A stretch of DNA of 64,000 bases from Octopus sinensis (lineage: Eukaryota), in assembly GCF_006345805.1 (NCBI RefSeq), contig NC_042997.1:212970001-213034000 (forward strand), given 5' to 3'. The notes under the pieces are model-generated. The model was not told the origin of the DNA. It saw nothing but the letters and a program-made list of their open reading frames with translations, and searched no databases. How positions within the stretch are numbered: position 1 is the stretch's first letter; the number at the start of each line of letters is the position of its first letter. Shown here piece after piece: positions 50,485-63,220 of this stretch. Position numbers and translations under genes: made by a program.

Positions 50485-50998
50485 TCTATATATATAAAAC
50501 TGTAGTTGTGTGAGTGTCTGTCCCCTTCGATTTAGATTCCTAACTCCTCCCACATTTTGCGGTGCAGTTTAACCAAATTCGGGTATCTTATAGTCGTGAT
50601 TAATATCGAGCCCGTCTGACTATTAGCGCGCGTCTACGATGAGTCTACGATTTTAAAAATAATTTAACATCATTTTTTATTCCATTTTAATGCATATTTT
50701 TTCGCGTGTCGATGGCGGCGGAGTTGGCGTCCACGGTCACGCCTGCACCTGTGTTGCCTCTCTCCCTTCTTCCCTCCCTCGTGAAGCTGTGGGGAAGGGA
50801 GTGTAAGGAAATCAACGTCGTAAAGCGTTGTCAAGGAGACCAGCGTTCTTTTAGAACAACGACTTCATGACTTGAAGACACCAAAACAGAAATGGCTAAG
50901 AAAGCCCGAATTGGCATCTATAAGGGAAGTAACTCTCTAAAAATGCTTATATAGTTATTTCCCTTACAAACCCGAGCAACGCCGGGCGATACTGCTAG
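50485..50998 (+). mobile_element. Non-autonomous Helitron, 514 bp, same family as 48438
   Basis: Same termini and hairpin; near-identical body. Confidence 0.92.
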
Positions 50999-51260
50999 TA
51001 TATCATAAACATATTCATTTTTGTGCCTGGTTGGCAAGATACTTTATGTGAACTCGTGTGTTGGAGCAAATTATGTTGTGTCTGGAGAGAGTATGTATGT
51101 ATGTATTCTGCATATTTATGTGTGTGTCTGTGTGTTCGCGCTACCTATGTACCTGTTTATCTACTATATATATATATATACACACACACACACGCATACA
51201 TACATACATACATACATACATGCATGCATGCATACATACATACATACATACATACATACA

Positions 51261-51291
<31 letters not shown>

Positions 51292-51299
51292 GTGCATAC

Positions 51300-51350
<51 letters not shown>

Positions 51351-51479
51351 ATACAGTGCTCTGGTGCACCACAACTTGTCACAAGAGCGTATAAAGCGTA
51401 TGCAGTAATGTAGAAATGTCTGGAAAGTGAACAATGTATGAGTCAGATACATGCTTGCGTGTGTATGGAGGGGAGGAAA

Positions 51480-51740
51480 TCAGGTGTAGTGTTGGCGAAT
51501 CTCAGGAAGCATGGAAGTTTTGAAGGATGCAATGCTCCGACAACTAATAACTGATGCTGGCAGTTTGTTCCATGCTTCAGCAACTCTTAGCGTGAAAAAA
51601 TGTTTCCTGAAGTCATGGGAGCTGTGCTGTTTTCTGACTTTGTAAACATGTCCACAGGTGTTAGACAGGTGGAGTTTGAAAAGGTACCCAGAGTTATTGT
51701 TGGTAAGATGGTTAATAATTTCATGGGTGTCTGCACACTG
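51480..51740 (-). mobile_element. CR1 LINE 3' end
   Basis: NTCGHVYKVRKQHSSHDFRKHFFTLRVAEAWNKLPASV matches the CR1 TRGH..KL...RK.FF..RV...WN.LP motif. Confidence 0.85.
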
Positions 51741-52399
51741 ACGCACACACATGCGCACAGATAAAAAAAAAAACGCAGCTCCAATAACGGACAGTCAACA
51801 TCCATTAAGAAGTTTTTGCAAAAGCAACGAAAATTTTGGAAGAAAAAATATAAATGATAAATGAGTGGAAATCGTACCGGTGAGTGTGTTCGATAATAAT
51901 GCATTAAGACAATATCACTCTCCCTGTACACAACAGTGCATGAAAAGACGCTAGCACATTCGCACAATAGTTGAACACCGCATTAATGTGAGGAAAGTCC
52001 CAAATTTTCTTAAAAACCAACTTCCTAACAAGAGTAAAAACAATTCTACAGAACTAGGATTGGCTACAACCACTACGCAGCTGGAGCGTGTAATAAAGTG
52101 ATAAAAGATGGTAACACATGTATATATGGCATCGTATTACTTTTATCATTTACAAAGGATTTTATATAAACATTACCATAAATATAATTAACAAAGCAAA
52201 AACATATTTCTATAAAGTCCTTTATTTTTTTGCTTCACCAGTTATACATGGCTTTGTTGATATAATGCCTTTTGTAAATGATATAATGTCATATATACGT
52301 GTTTTATTCTTTATCTTGCTTTATGTACATGTATGTATGCATACATGTTTGTATGTATGTATGTATGTATGTAGGTAGGTAGGTAGGTAGGTAGGTAGG

Positions 52400-52441
<42 letters not shown>

Positions 52442-52453
52442 GATAGATAGATT

Positions 52454-52514
<61 letters not shown>

Positions 52515-52531
52515 GTAGATAGATAGGTAGG

Positions 52532-52591
<60 letters not shown>

Positions 52592-52625
52592 CAGATATAG
52601 ATAGATAGATATAGATATATAGATA
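52400..52625. repeat. (TATC)n/(TAGA)n microsatellite block
   Basis: Direct reading. Confidence 0.95.
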
Positions 52626-53017
52626 GACAGGGAGGGAATGAAAGAGAGAGAGAGGAAAAGAGAGATAGATGCATATATGTATATACGTACATACATCCAT
52701 CCATTAATGTTTGTTTTTCTGCAGTTATATGTAAAAACAGCTGAAAGTCAAAGTGAAAGATCATCCAATACATTTTATTAGACTGACACATTTACTTATT
52801 TCAAGAAGAAATATTTTCAGCTGGTGATAGATTGGTTAATCGGTGGGGGGGGGGGGTGACAGACCGTATTCTTCTGTAAACAACAATTCTGTAAATTCTT
52901 TAAATTTTATAGAAATGATTCCAAGTAAAATATTATACAGACATACGTATACAGAATGAATTTATAGGTGCAATGTTCCATACACCTGTGTGTGTACGCG
53001 TGTATGCTTCGGGCATG

Positions 53018-53404
53018 GAGGCGCAATGGCCCAGTGGTTAGGGCAGCGGACTCGCGGTCATAGGATCGCGGTTTCGATTCCCAGACCGGGCGTTGTGAAT
53101 GTTTATTGAGCGAAAACACCTAAAAGCTCCACGAGGCTCCGGCAGGGGATGGTGGTGATCCCTGCTGTGCTCTTTCACCACAACTTTCTCTCACTCTTAC
53201 TTCCTGTTTCTGTTGTACCTGTATTTCAAAGGGCCGGCCTTGTCACTTTCTGTGTCACGCTGAATATCCCCGAGAACTACGTTAAGGGTACACGTGTCTG
53301 TGGAGTGCTCAGCCACTTACACGTTAATTTCACGAGCAGGCTGTTCCGTTGATTCGGATCAACCGGAACCCTCGTCGTCGTAACCGACGGAGTGCTTCCA
53401 TTCC
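53018..53404 (+). mobile_element. tRNA(Arg-like)-derived SINE family C
   Basis: Same family as 37331; TSD atgcttcgggcatg at 53004-53017 and 53405-53418. Confidence 0.92.
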
Positions 53405-53913
53405 ATGCTTCGGGCATGCATGCACCTATGTGTGTGCACGTATGTGCTTCTGACATGCTGCTGTGCGGTCACGTGAGTATGTGTATATTGTACACGCCTA
53501 TATGTGTGCGAATCGGTATTTGTGGATGTCTGAACCTGTTGATATGAAATCAAAAATCAACCAAGACCGACGAGATAACAATTGTAAATGACGAGCGTCG
53601 GATGCCTCGAGGGTGCGTGTGTGTGAACGCACGCATTCGCCTGTCGGTAGATGTCTCTGTGTACACAAGGTGTTAATGGTAAATGTGATTTTTTGAGGGC
53701 TTATATATGCACGTATGTGTGTATATACATATATATATATATATGTGTGTATATACATATATATATATATATGTGTGTGTATATACATATATATATATGT
53801 GTGCATATACATATATATATTTATATATATAATATTAGAGAATATTATTCTAAACTAACACGGAAAAATTCAATTTAAAAATACTAAATCAAATTTCACA
53901 AAATATAACATAC

Positions 53914-53984
<71 letters not shown>

Positions 53985-53987
<3 letters not shown>

Positions 53988-54860
53988 TTAGAAAAATACC
54001 ACCTTTTATCAATGCAACAATGAAAAAATTAAATTATACCATATAGAAAAAATTTACATCCTAGAGAAAAAATTAAATATAAGATAAAAACATATACCAA
54101 TGATTAAGTAATGTGCAAAATAATAAATAAAACATATATTTGGTAAAATGACTACACGTGTTTCGTGGCAATATTTAAGAAATGATAACAGTAAGATCAA
54201 TTCAATTTAAATATAGCCACTCTTCAGGTCAAAGATTAAAACAATAAAATAATTTTTTTTAAATATACGTATATAATCTTGTAAAATATGAAATATCTTA
54301 ACAAATATATTCTGGTGTAAATAAAAAATAGAACAAAGAGGTATAAATATTTATTATATCTATAAAAATAAAATTTTAACTTATATAAGAGAAGAATAGC
54401 AAACTATAATATATCATTACTAGAAAATAAAATACAACTAATTAAATTATTTGAAACATATATATATATAGTACAAAGTAAGATAGGAGTTATGGGTGTA
54501 ATCCACTATGAGATAGCATTTATTCAATATACTGTTGGTTAAGTACCCAGATTCTTAATACATAAGTGTTTTTAATTGCAAAGCAATTAACTCATTTATT
54601 GTATTAAACTGGTGAAGGTAAAGAAATATTTTTACCGTAAATTTATAATACAAATAAGAAAATGGAGAAACAAATTTAGTTTGTTCATCAACTTTTGGAT
54701 TATTTATTCATTCAACAAAATGAGTACATCAAAAGCATACATATATATCTTATAATTCAATACATATAAGATAAGAATACAAATTATAAAAGTCATAATA
54801 TAAATTATTGAAATCATTAAAATCACTTCTTACAGCTGTTTCAGCCTATGGCTAAAAGTG
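53985..54860 (-). mobile_element. Penelope-like element remnant (pLTR region) adjoining a (TA)n tract
   Basis: Carries a hammerhead motif and a second half-motif (agcc-ata-ggct-GAAAC-agct-GTA at 54831-54853). Confidence 0.55.
54149..54231 (-). ncRNA. Type I hammerhead ribozyme (Penelope-associated)
   Basis: tgac-CTGAAGA-GTGGCtATATTTAA...TTAAATATtGCCAC-GAAAC-acgt-GTA-gtca: intact core, stem I tgac/gtca, long stem II, palindromic ACACGTGT stem III, GUA cleavage triplet. Confidence 0.8.
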
Positions 54861-54873
54861 GTTAATTTTATTT

Positions 54874-55780
54874 TTATTGCCTATAGGTGTCAACATACTG
54901 AGGTTGTAGGCATTTAAAAGTAGTGTACTTATATATATAACCTTTGATGTATGTTGTAATGTAAGCCTTGTGTTTTCGGGGTATTTTGTGGGTCTGTGAG
55001 TTTTGTCTGTCTGCATTTAGGTCTGTATTACTACATGAGATACTGGAGCTAACCGGGGGGGGATCACTATTTTTTGGTATTTCTACTTGTGGTGTATGCT
55101 GCGTGAGTATGTCTAGTCTGTTAAATATTTGTGTGTCGTCTTCAGTGTTAATGTTTTTCTTTTTACTTTTAGCAGTTTTCAGAGGTGACCCTGCAGCCAT
55201 ATCTCTCTTTCTTTTTGGAACTTCAATGAATCCTTCTCTGTCTGTGTCTTCCGTATTTTCTTCCATGATTGGGGCTGTTGTCTCGGTTCTTCTCTCTGGT
55301 TCACGTTGGTTTTCACTTGTTTCATTATTTAGCTCGGGGCACTTTACTTTCATGTACCCCTTCACACCGCAGTGGTAGCAAGTGGCCGGACGACCCTCCA
55401 CCACCACTCTGAATTTCTTGTCTTCCAGCAGCAGTATTTCTTCCGTTATCACATTCAATTCTTCTTGGCTAGCTTGGGCCACCATTTCCAGTCCATAGCC
55501 TCATCAATTCAACTTCTTAGTTCTTGTGACTTGCAATATTTTTATTTCTTCCTTTTCATAAGTTATGGCTGCCACTAACCATGCTTCCTCTATTTCTGGT
55601 GGCACCCTGCCAACCCTGATTCTCGCAACTCTTTTACCACAGCAGGTTGGCAGGAGCACCCATTCCTGTGATCTCAGAGGTACAATGGAGTGAGTGATTG
55701 GTTGCCTCTTCTTCTGTGGTAAACCTCACCTCCACTGTGCCAAACTTTCTTTCTCTGGTGGTAACACTTTTCCTATTTTC
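54874..55780 (-). pseudogene. LINE ORF1 (gag-like zinc knuckle) remnant, L1/Tx1-like
   Basis: RIRVGRVPPEIEEAWLVAAI...FRVVVEGRPATCYHCGVKGYMKVKCP (CX2CX4[H>Y]X4C); stops upstream. Confidence 0.7.
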
Positions 55781-56262
55781 TAAATATACGTTCGTTATAA
55801 AGCACAAGATTTTCTCAGATCGCTAGCATGGATGACTAACATGGCGTTTTGACATAATTTTGTTTCCTCAGTGACGAATGCCTAGGACATTCTAAGTTAA
55901 ACCAAAAATGTTTGTTCCAATATAGAAAATGTTAAAGAAAACATTTACTGATCTACTCAAAATCTAGTGAAAATAGAACTGAATTCATATTCGCACTAAA
56001 AGCAACTGAGGTGAATAAATCAGGCTGAAACACCAATCTGGTGATCAACCAGCTTTGAGAAATTTCTTTGACGCAAATGTTACAGCCGGGGCTGTTTCAC
56101 ATTTCTACACACATAATACGTTATACACATGGTTATTTTAATTTGATGTTGATCCATATATGTATATTAGGATAGATAGATTGACTGATTGATTGAATGA
56201 TTGATAGATAAATAGCTGGACTGACAGTCAGAGGCAAACAGGTAGGCAGGCAGGCAGGCATG

Positions 56263-56321
<59 letters not shown>

Positions 56322-56449
56322 ACATTGACATTCGTACCGCAGCTAGCCATTTCATAATAATTGTTTATCTCAAATGACTTGTGATGAAATATTATGTTAA
56401 ATCCATTTGTAAGCCGTTGAATCATCCTCTACATTCATCATTGACTCAC

Positions 56450-56457
56450 ATGAATAG
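56450..56457 (-). CDS. Candidate 8-nt microexon
   Basis: aattaattttccag|CTATTCAT|gtgagt; phase 1 to 0, compatible with the 31-nt exon. Confidence 0.25.
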
Positions 56458-56817
56458 CTGGAAAATTAATTATTATTTTTCTGTAATTCATCTTAATATT
56501 GACCATTTAGAAGAGAGAATATATGACAGGTAAGTTTGCTTCAAATATTAATCAAACCCTGGACGATTGCAATCACTGAATTTAATGATGGTGGGGAACA
56601 GTAGCCCCATCTAAAGGAAAGAGACTGAGGTTTTGTTTTACTAATCAAAAGAAACGTTTACATCAGTAACAGTAGAAGTGGCTTAGATTCAGTGTTATAA
56701 TCTCTTATTCTATCTTTATGTCAAATCTACTTTCATCAAATGAATTATTTTGATACTTGGTTCATTAAACAGACGTCAGTGATTCAAGGTGGAAATATGG
56801 TTACTAGAGAAAGTTAA

Positions 56818-56997
56818 TCATCATCATCATCATCATCATCGTTTAACGTCCGTTCTCCATGCTAGCATGGGTTGGACGGTTCGACCGGGGATCTGGGAAG
56901 CCAGAAGGCTGCACCAGGCTCCAGTCTTATCTGGCAATGTTTCTACAGCTGGATGCCCTTCCTAACGCCAACCACTCCGTGAGTGTAGTGGGTGCTT
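56818..56997 (-). mobile_element. RTE LINE 3' UTR copy
   Basis: (CAT)n-cgtttaacgtccgttctccatgctagc; near-exact reverse complement of 15969-16140. Confidence 0.88.
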
Positions 56998-57356
56998 AAG
57001 GAGGAAGAAATTCAAGAAGTTATTGGAAACATTGCTGTTTTGTTTTTGTGAGAAACACTGAACGGATTGGACATTGCGATGTTACCTGGTAATGTTGAGC
57101 TCTAAATATGGAAGAGATGAGAAAATGGGAGAGAATGGATGTGAGTATGATCAGTTGAATTTGTGACGCTCACTTAGATGAAACAAGGAGTCTTTGAGAG
57201 ATGAGAACTAGCTGGGCATTAGAACCATCAATTGATGCCTGGGACAGGCATGTGAGATTAAAGAACGGTAAAAAGGTGACGTGTACTGATGGTGAGCATT
57301 ATCTGAGGCAAAACAAAATGACTGCTGAAGATGTGGGAAGCAAGTGATGAAGGGAG

Positions 57357-57949
57357 TGTAACGAACTTAGTGTGAGTATATCTTCTCTTGTACTTTCGGG
57401 GTACAAGAAAGCAATCACTAGCCGTTGCTTTAATAATCCAGAATTCTACTAGTCAGAAACAACAAGACGCAAACGTAATATATATATATATAACTACTTT
57501 ATTCTCTTATGGTGAGTGATCAGTGGTATATCTGATGTCCTTGGTTCTGGGCGCGCAAGGCTGAAAGTTAATCGATTGTAATATTTACAATGTCCAGCCG
57601 CTAAAAACAGAACGGGTCAAAAATGGCGTCCGGAGGAAGAAGATGATGACTGCAACAATTCAGGTTAAAAGTCTTCGGCCGACTGCTATCAGAGCTGGAC
57701 AGCGAGCATATACGTGTAGTACCTTCGATAGCCATGTCCCAAGTCCCCGCTGACTGCTGGACGCTGGTGGTCAACGTCTTACGACCCCCTTGCCTCGGCT
57801 AACTGCTACGTAGGCAAAAGGGTTCTTCTTCCGGTGCTTCGCGCATGCGCGAGAGGGCCCTTCCTCTCTCTGCCTTGGTAAAGGCACCAACACGCGCGAA
57901 ATACAAATGGACGGTGCGCGAGCGCGCGCCGTTGTATAGGATCACTACA
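57357..57949 (+). mobile_element. Solo LTR, 593 bp, 4-bp TSD (Gypsy-like)
   Basis: GGAG|TGTAAC...ACTACA|GGAG. Confidence 0.9.
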
Positions 57950-58289
57950 GGAGTTCTAATGACATTCGGTTGAACAGAAAAGAATGACAGCAACTAAATA
58001 TAGTGGGTGGTGTTACTGCATGGTTAATCAGTCCAATCTATTCCAGGACAGACGAATAATCGTTAAAACATTTATTATGATGAAAATAATGATGGCAGAG
58101 GTGGTGGTGGTGGTGGTGGTGGTGGTGGCAGTGGTGATGGTGTCAGTGGTGATGGTGTCAGTGGTGATGGTGTCAGTGGTGGTGGTGGTGGTGATTTATA
58201 TAACTTCTAAGGAACCAATACCAAACGTCTTCTAATGTTCCCCTTTCCAAGTCATGATTGATCGGCAGAACTGATTCGATGGACGTTAC

Positions 58290-58320
58290 CTACAACTTGA
58301 GTAATTCCTTCAATTTTGAT
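58290..58320 (-). CDS. Candidate 31-nt exon (IKIEGITQVV)
   Basis: catatttcttcag| ... TAG|gtaacg; only the phase-0 frame is open. Confidence 0.35.
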
Positions 58321-58356
58321 CTGAAGAAATATGTTTCAAATATACTGCTGCTGCTG

Positions 58357-58402
<46 letters not shown>

Positions 58403-58637
58403 CACTACCACCACCATCATCACTACCACCACCACCTCCACCATCACTACCACCACCACGACTACTATTACTACTAATAACACTACCACTACCACCACCA
58501 CCACTACTACCACTACTACTATGAATACTACCACCGCCACAGCTACAACTACAACCATCACCACCACCATTACTACTACTACTACTACTTTTAATAAAAT
58601 TGATTCTTTGCTATAACTATGGACCGAATGAAATTAC

Positions 58638-58678
58638 CAACAATAAGACTTGTGATACGAGAACCATGAATCTGTGGC
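58638..58678 (-). CDS. Candidate 41-nt exon (GHRF-MVLVSQVLLL); alternative in-frame acceptor at 58735
   Basis: gattcttgctgtag| ... TTG|gtaatt; ends phase 0, joining IKIEG in frame; ATG at 58667. Confidence 0.3.
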
Positions 58679-58948
58679 CTACAGCAAGAATCGTTTCCTT
58701 CGACAGGACATTAAATGTTGCTTGCCAACAGCTTTCTGCTTAATTAACAAACCATAATCTAATTTAATTCAAACTAATTCAATTCTTGAAGTTAGTAGAT
58801 TGTTTCTTCGTTGTTGGTCGAGTTCCTTTGATTGTTTTTCGTTCTTTTCGAATTTAGATTAAATGAGTTAACCCTGGCCTAGATTTTCGTTGGGTAGCTG
58901 CCATTTATCAATAATATTAACACACTAACCTTTTGTTTTTGTACGTAC

Positions 58949-58965
58949 CTGTTGTGTGTGTCACA
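58949..58965 (-). other. Candidate 17-nt microexon
   Basis: Long pyrimidine tract ...gctacttctttgaag|TGTGACACACACAACAG|gtacgt. Confidence 0.3.
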
Positions 58966-59529
58966 CTTCAAAGAAGTAGCATAGCGGGAGAGTGGAGGAC
59001 AGAGGAAGTAAGAGAGAGAGAGAAAGAGAGAGTGAGTGAGAGAGAAAGGGAGAGTAAGAGAGAGAGTGAGAAAGAAAAAGAGAGAGTGAAAGAGACAGTG
59101 ATTGGTGACAGCGTTTTTTGGGGGGATGTTTAAATGTTTCAGAGACGAAGTAAGAGAGAGAAAGAGACAGTGAATAGTGACAGCGTTTGTTTTGTGTTTT
59201 TAAATGTTTATCACATTGCAAGAGAAGTAGATACATAGATACATATACACAGTGTTAAATCAAAAGTGGGAGAGAAGTGAAAGAGAAAGAGAGAAAGTGG
59301 GAGAGATAATAGATACATAAATCTGAAGAAAAGTTCATACATAGAAACATACACAACAAATATTGGATGTCAATTTCACTTTTCATTACCACACAAGGAT
59401 AAAAATTAACTCACAAATGGCTGAGTACTTCACAGATATGCATAACATTAACGTAGTTCTCAGGAAGATTCAGCCTCTCACAGAATATGACAAGGCTGGC
59501 CCCTTTGAATTACAGCTACAACTCAAGAC

Positions 59530-59942
59530 ATATACTCTTTCTCTTTACTCTTTTACTTGTTTCAGTCATTTGACTGCGGCCATGCTGGAGCACCGCCTTT
59601 AGTCGAGCAAATCGACCCCGGGACTTATTCTTTGTAAGCCCAGTACTTATTCTATCGGTCTCTTTTGCCGAACCACTAAATGACGGGGACGTAAACACAC
59701 CAGCATCGGTTGTCAAGCGATGTTGGAGGGGATAAACACAGACACACAAACACATACACACACATACATATATATATACGACAGGCTTCATTCAGTTTCC
59801 GTCTACCAAATCCACTCACAAGGCATTGGTCAGCCCGGGGCTATAGCAGAAGACACTTGCCCAAGATGCCACGCAGTGGGACTGAACCCGGAACTATGTG
59901 GTTGGTTAGCAAGCTACTTACCACACAGCCACTCCTGCGCCT
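59530..59942 (-). mobile_element. Full-length CORE-type SINE family B
   Basis: Reverse complement of the 33679-34092 family. Confidence 0.9.
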
Positions 59943-60414
59943 ATGAATGTATTTATGTGTGTGTATAGTTTAGGTTACTTAAAACAAGTTTGCAATAATA
60001 AGGGTCGAATGGTGGAAATAAACGCAATTACCAAGCTTCTATTCATAAATCCATTTGTTATTTCATTCTTTTGCATTTCAAATTGTACATGAAGGTTCTT
60101 TGAATATGTACAATGTACTTTAAGGTTAAATAGTAATTCAATTTACATTTGTGTAACTGAGATATTTTGGTTGGATTATATAGTTATTGGTGTTACAGTA
60201 CTTTCTATATTCTGTAACTGTCACAAGATACTTTTCTAGGCCTGAGTTTTTTTGTGGGGAGGGGGCCAGTTGATTAGATCGACCCCAGTACTCAAGTGAT
60301 ACTTAATTTATCAACCCTGAAAGGACGAAAGGCAAAGTTGATCTCGGCAGAATTTGAACTCAGAATGTAAAGACAGACAGTCATAATATACTAACATTTC
60401 TCATGGCACTTGAG

Positions 60415-60828
60415 GCACCGCTTCAGTGAATCGAAAAGGAGTGATGTTTCATCGGGACAATGCATGACCCCACACTGCAAAGATCACATCACAGAAGATC
60501 GATGAACTTGGTTGGGGAAAAATTCCTCATCCACCTTATTCTCCCGCCCTTGCTCCTTCAGACTACCGTTTGTTTCGTAGTTTACAGAATCATTTGGGGG
60601 ACATAACTTTCGCAAGCCAGGAGGAGGTCGAAACTGACATTTCAGAGGTCTTCGCTTTGAAACCAAAAGAGTTTACATTGATGGGATTAAAAAGCTTGTA
60701 AATAGATGGAAGGAAGTCATAGATAATCAGGGAAAGTACATTGATGATTAAATTTCAATTAAATATAACATTTGATCACTTGTTTTCTTTATTCAAAATT
60801 CGGACAGAACTTATGGGATGACCAGATA
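60415..60828 (+). pseudogene. Mariner (DD34D) transposase C-terminus plus right TIR
   Basis: VMFHRDNA*PHTA...GW..IPHPPYSPALAPSDY.LFRSLQN...GIKKLV.RW..VID..G.Y; end ttatgggatgaccagata|TA. Confidence 0.9.
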
Positions 60829-60864
60829 TATATACATCCATATATATATATATATATATATCTG

Positions 60865-60927
<63 letters not shown>

Positions 60928-61539
60928 TGCATACATAGTTTAGGCAACTATTTTATGTACAATTTTATGGTTATGTTTGTTTTTTGTACATGTGTGTATG
61001 TGTGTGTATTTTGTTAGCTGTGTATTCATCTGTGTCTGCTTCTGGGTTAGTGTGTGTGTGTGTGTGTGCATGTATATCTATCAAGCACGCTCATCACACA
61101 CACACACACACCTGGACACAAGCTGCTCAAGGTGGTGAAAATGTTTAATTAAATTTCCTGCTTAATAATTACTATTGTTCAAATATGAAATTAGATATTT
61201 TGTTTTTATTTTCATTTCTTCCCCAAAACATTCATTCAAAGCAATACTATATATTTCAGTAATGATAAATATAGTACTTCTAGACATAGAAATTAATTCC
61301 CAGAAAAGACGACATCATTTTGTGAGTGAAATTAATGAGCTATTGTATGAGATTTCTCACTAGTTTCTGCTTCGATGATTAGAAAACAATTCCCTTTCAT
61401 TTACTGTTTCCATATAAGAAAACATCTCTATAAATAACCATAAATATAACGAAGTGGAGAGACATTTTTTCCACAGACCCTGAACACCAGAAATACTGCT
61501 CACAAATTCAGACCATTCATAATTTTTGTGGGGGGTTTT

Positions 61540-62010
61540 TATGCATGCATACATAAATAAATACATACATACATACATGTGTGTATGTATACACACATGC
61601 ATACATAAAGTGTGTATGTATACATACATGTAAGCATGCATGCATACATACATACATACATACATACATACATAATACATACATTCATACATACATACAT
61701 ACATACATACATAATACACACATACATAATACATACATGCATACATACTACATAATAAATACATACATATATGTATGTATGTATGAATGATGCATGCTTG
61801 CATGTATGTATACATATGCACATTCATGTATGTTTGCTTATATGCATACATACACACATACATATAAGCATGCATACATACATGCATGCCTGTGTATGTA
61901 TACATACATGCAAGCATGCATGCATTATCCATACATACATGCATACATATATACATGTATGCACACATGTATGCATTCATACATACGAACATACATACAT
62001 GCATACATAT
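61540..62010. repeat. Degenerate (TACA/TGCA)n low-complexity block
   Basis: Direct reading. Confidence 0.9.
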
Positions 62011-62060
62011 ATACATGGTGTTTTGCTTCATTATTTTGTGTGTAATATGCATCATCCAAA

Positions 62061-62828
62061 AAGGCGGTAAGCTGGTAGAATCATTAGCACGCCGGGTGAA
62101 ACGCTTAGTGGTATTTCATCTGTCTTTATGTTCTGAGTTCAAATTCCACTGAAGTCGACTTTGTTTTTCATCCTTTCGGGGTCGATTAAATAAGTACCAG
62201 TTACACACTGGAGTTAATATGATGGACTTAATCCATTTGTCTGTCCTTGTTTGTCCCCTCTATGTTTAGCCCCTTGTGGGTAATAAAGAAATAGGTATTT
62301 CGTCTGTCTTTATGTTCTGAGTTCAAATTCCACTGAAGTCGACTTTGCTTTTCATCCTTTCGGGGTCGATTAAATAAGTACCAGTTACACACTGGAGTTG
62401 ATATAATGGACTTAATCCATTTTTCTGTCCTTGTTTGTCCTCTCTGTGTTTAGCCCCTTGAGGGTAGTAAAGAAATAGGTATTTCGTCTGTCTTTATGTT
62501 CTGAGTTCAAATTCCACTGAAGTCGACTTTGCTTTTCATCCTTTCGGGGTCGATTAAATAAGTACCAGTTACACACTGGAGTTGATATAATGGACTTAAT
62601 CCATTTGTCTGTCCTTGTTTGTCCTCTCTGTGTTTAGTCCCTTGAGGGTAGTAAAGAAATAGGTATTTCGTCTGTCTTTATGTTCTGAGTTCAAATTCCA
62701 CTGAGGTCGACTTTGCCTTTCTTCCTTTTGAGTCAATAAATTAAGAACCAGTTGCATACTGGGGTCGATCTAATTGACTGGCACCCTCCCCAAAAATTTC
62801 GGGCCTTGTGCCTAGAGTAGAAAGAAAT
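62061..62828 (+). mobile_element. SINE family A multimer: head + three 184-bp units + terminal unit with a different tail
   Basis: Units start at ggtatttc at 62110, 62294, 62478 and 62662. Confidence 0.9.
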
Positions 62829-62945
62829 ATATATCATCGATAAGGTTTACCCATAATTACTATAAAGTTTTAGAGAAATAATCATATAGCCACGAGATTG
62901 CGCATATCTGTCTATTTATCTATACGTGTGTTAGTAAGTAGGCAT

Positions 62946-63220
62946 ATCATCATCATCATCATTTAACGTCTGCTTTCCATGCTGGCATGGGATGGATGGT
63001 TTGACCGAGGACTGGCAAGCCAGATGGCTGCCCCAGTGTCCAATCTGATCCGGCAGAGTTTCTACAGCTGGATGCCCTTCCTAACGCCAACCACTCCGAG
63101 AGTGTAGTGGGTGCTTTTACATGCCACCAGCATGAGGGCCAGTCAGGTGGTACAAGCAATGGCCACACTCAAATGGTGTTTTTTACGTGCCACCAGCACA
63201 GGAGCCAATCCAGCAGCACT
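62946..63220 (-). mobile_element. RTE LINE 3' UTR copy (another begins at 63955, running off the window)
   Basis: (CAT)n-tttaacgtctgctttccatgctggcatggg family sequence. Confidence 0.85.

Noticed and set aside
53018-53090. tRNA-Arg gene
   Set aside because: tRNA-like head continues into a SINE body bounded by a TSD; no proper acceptor stem.
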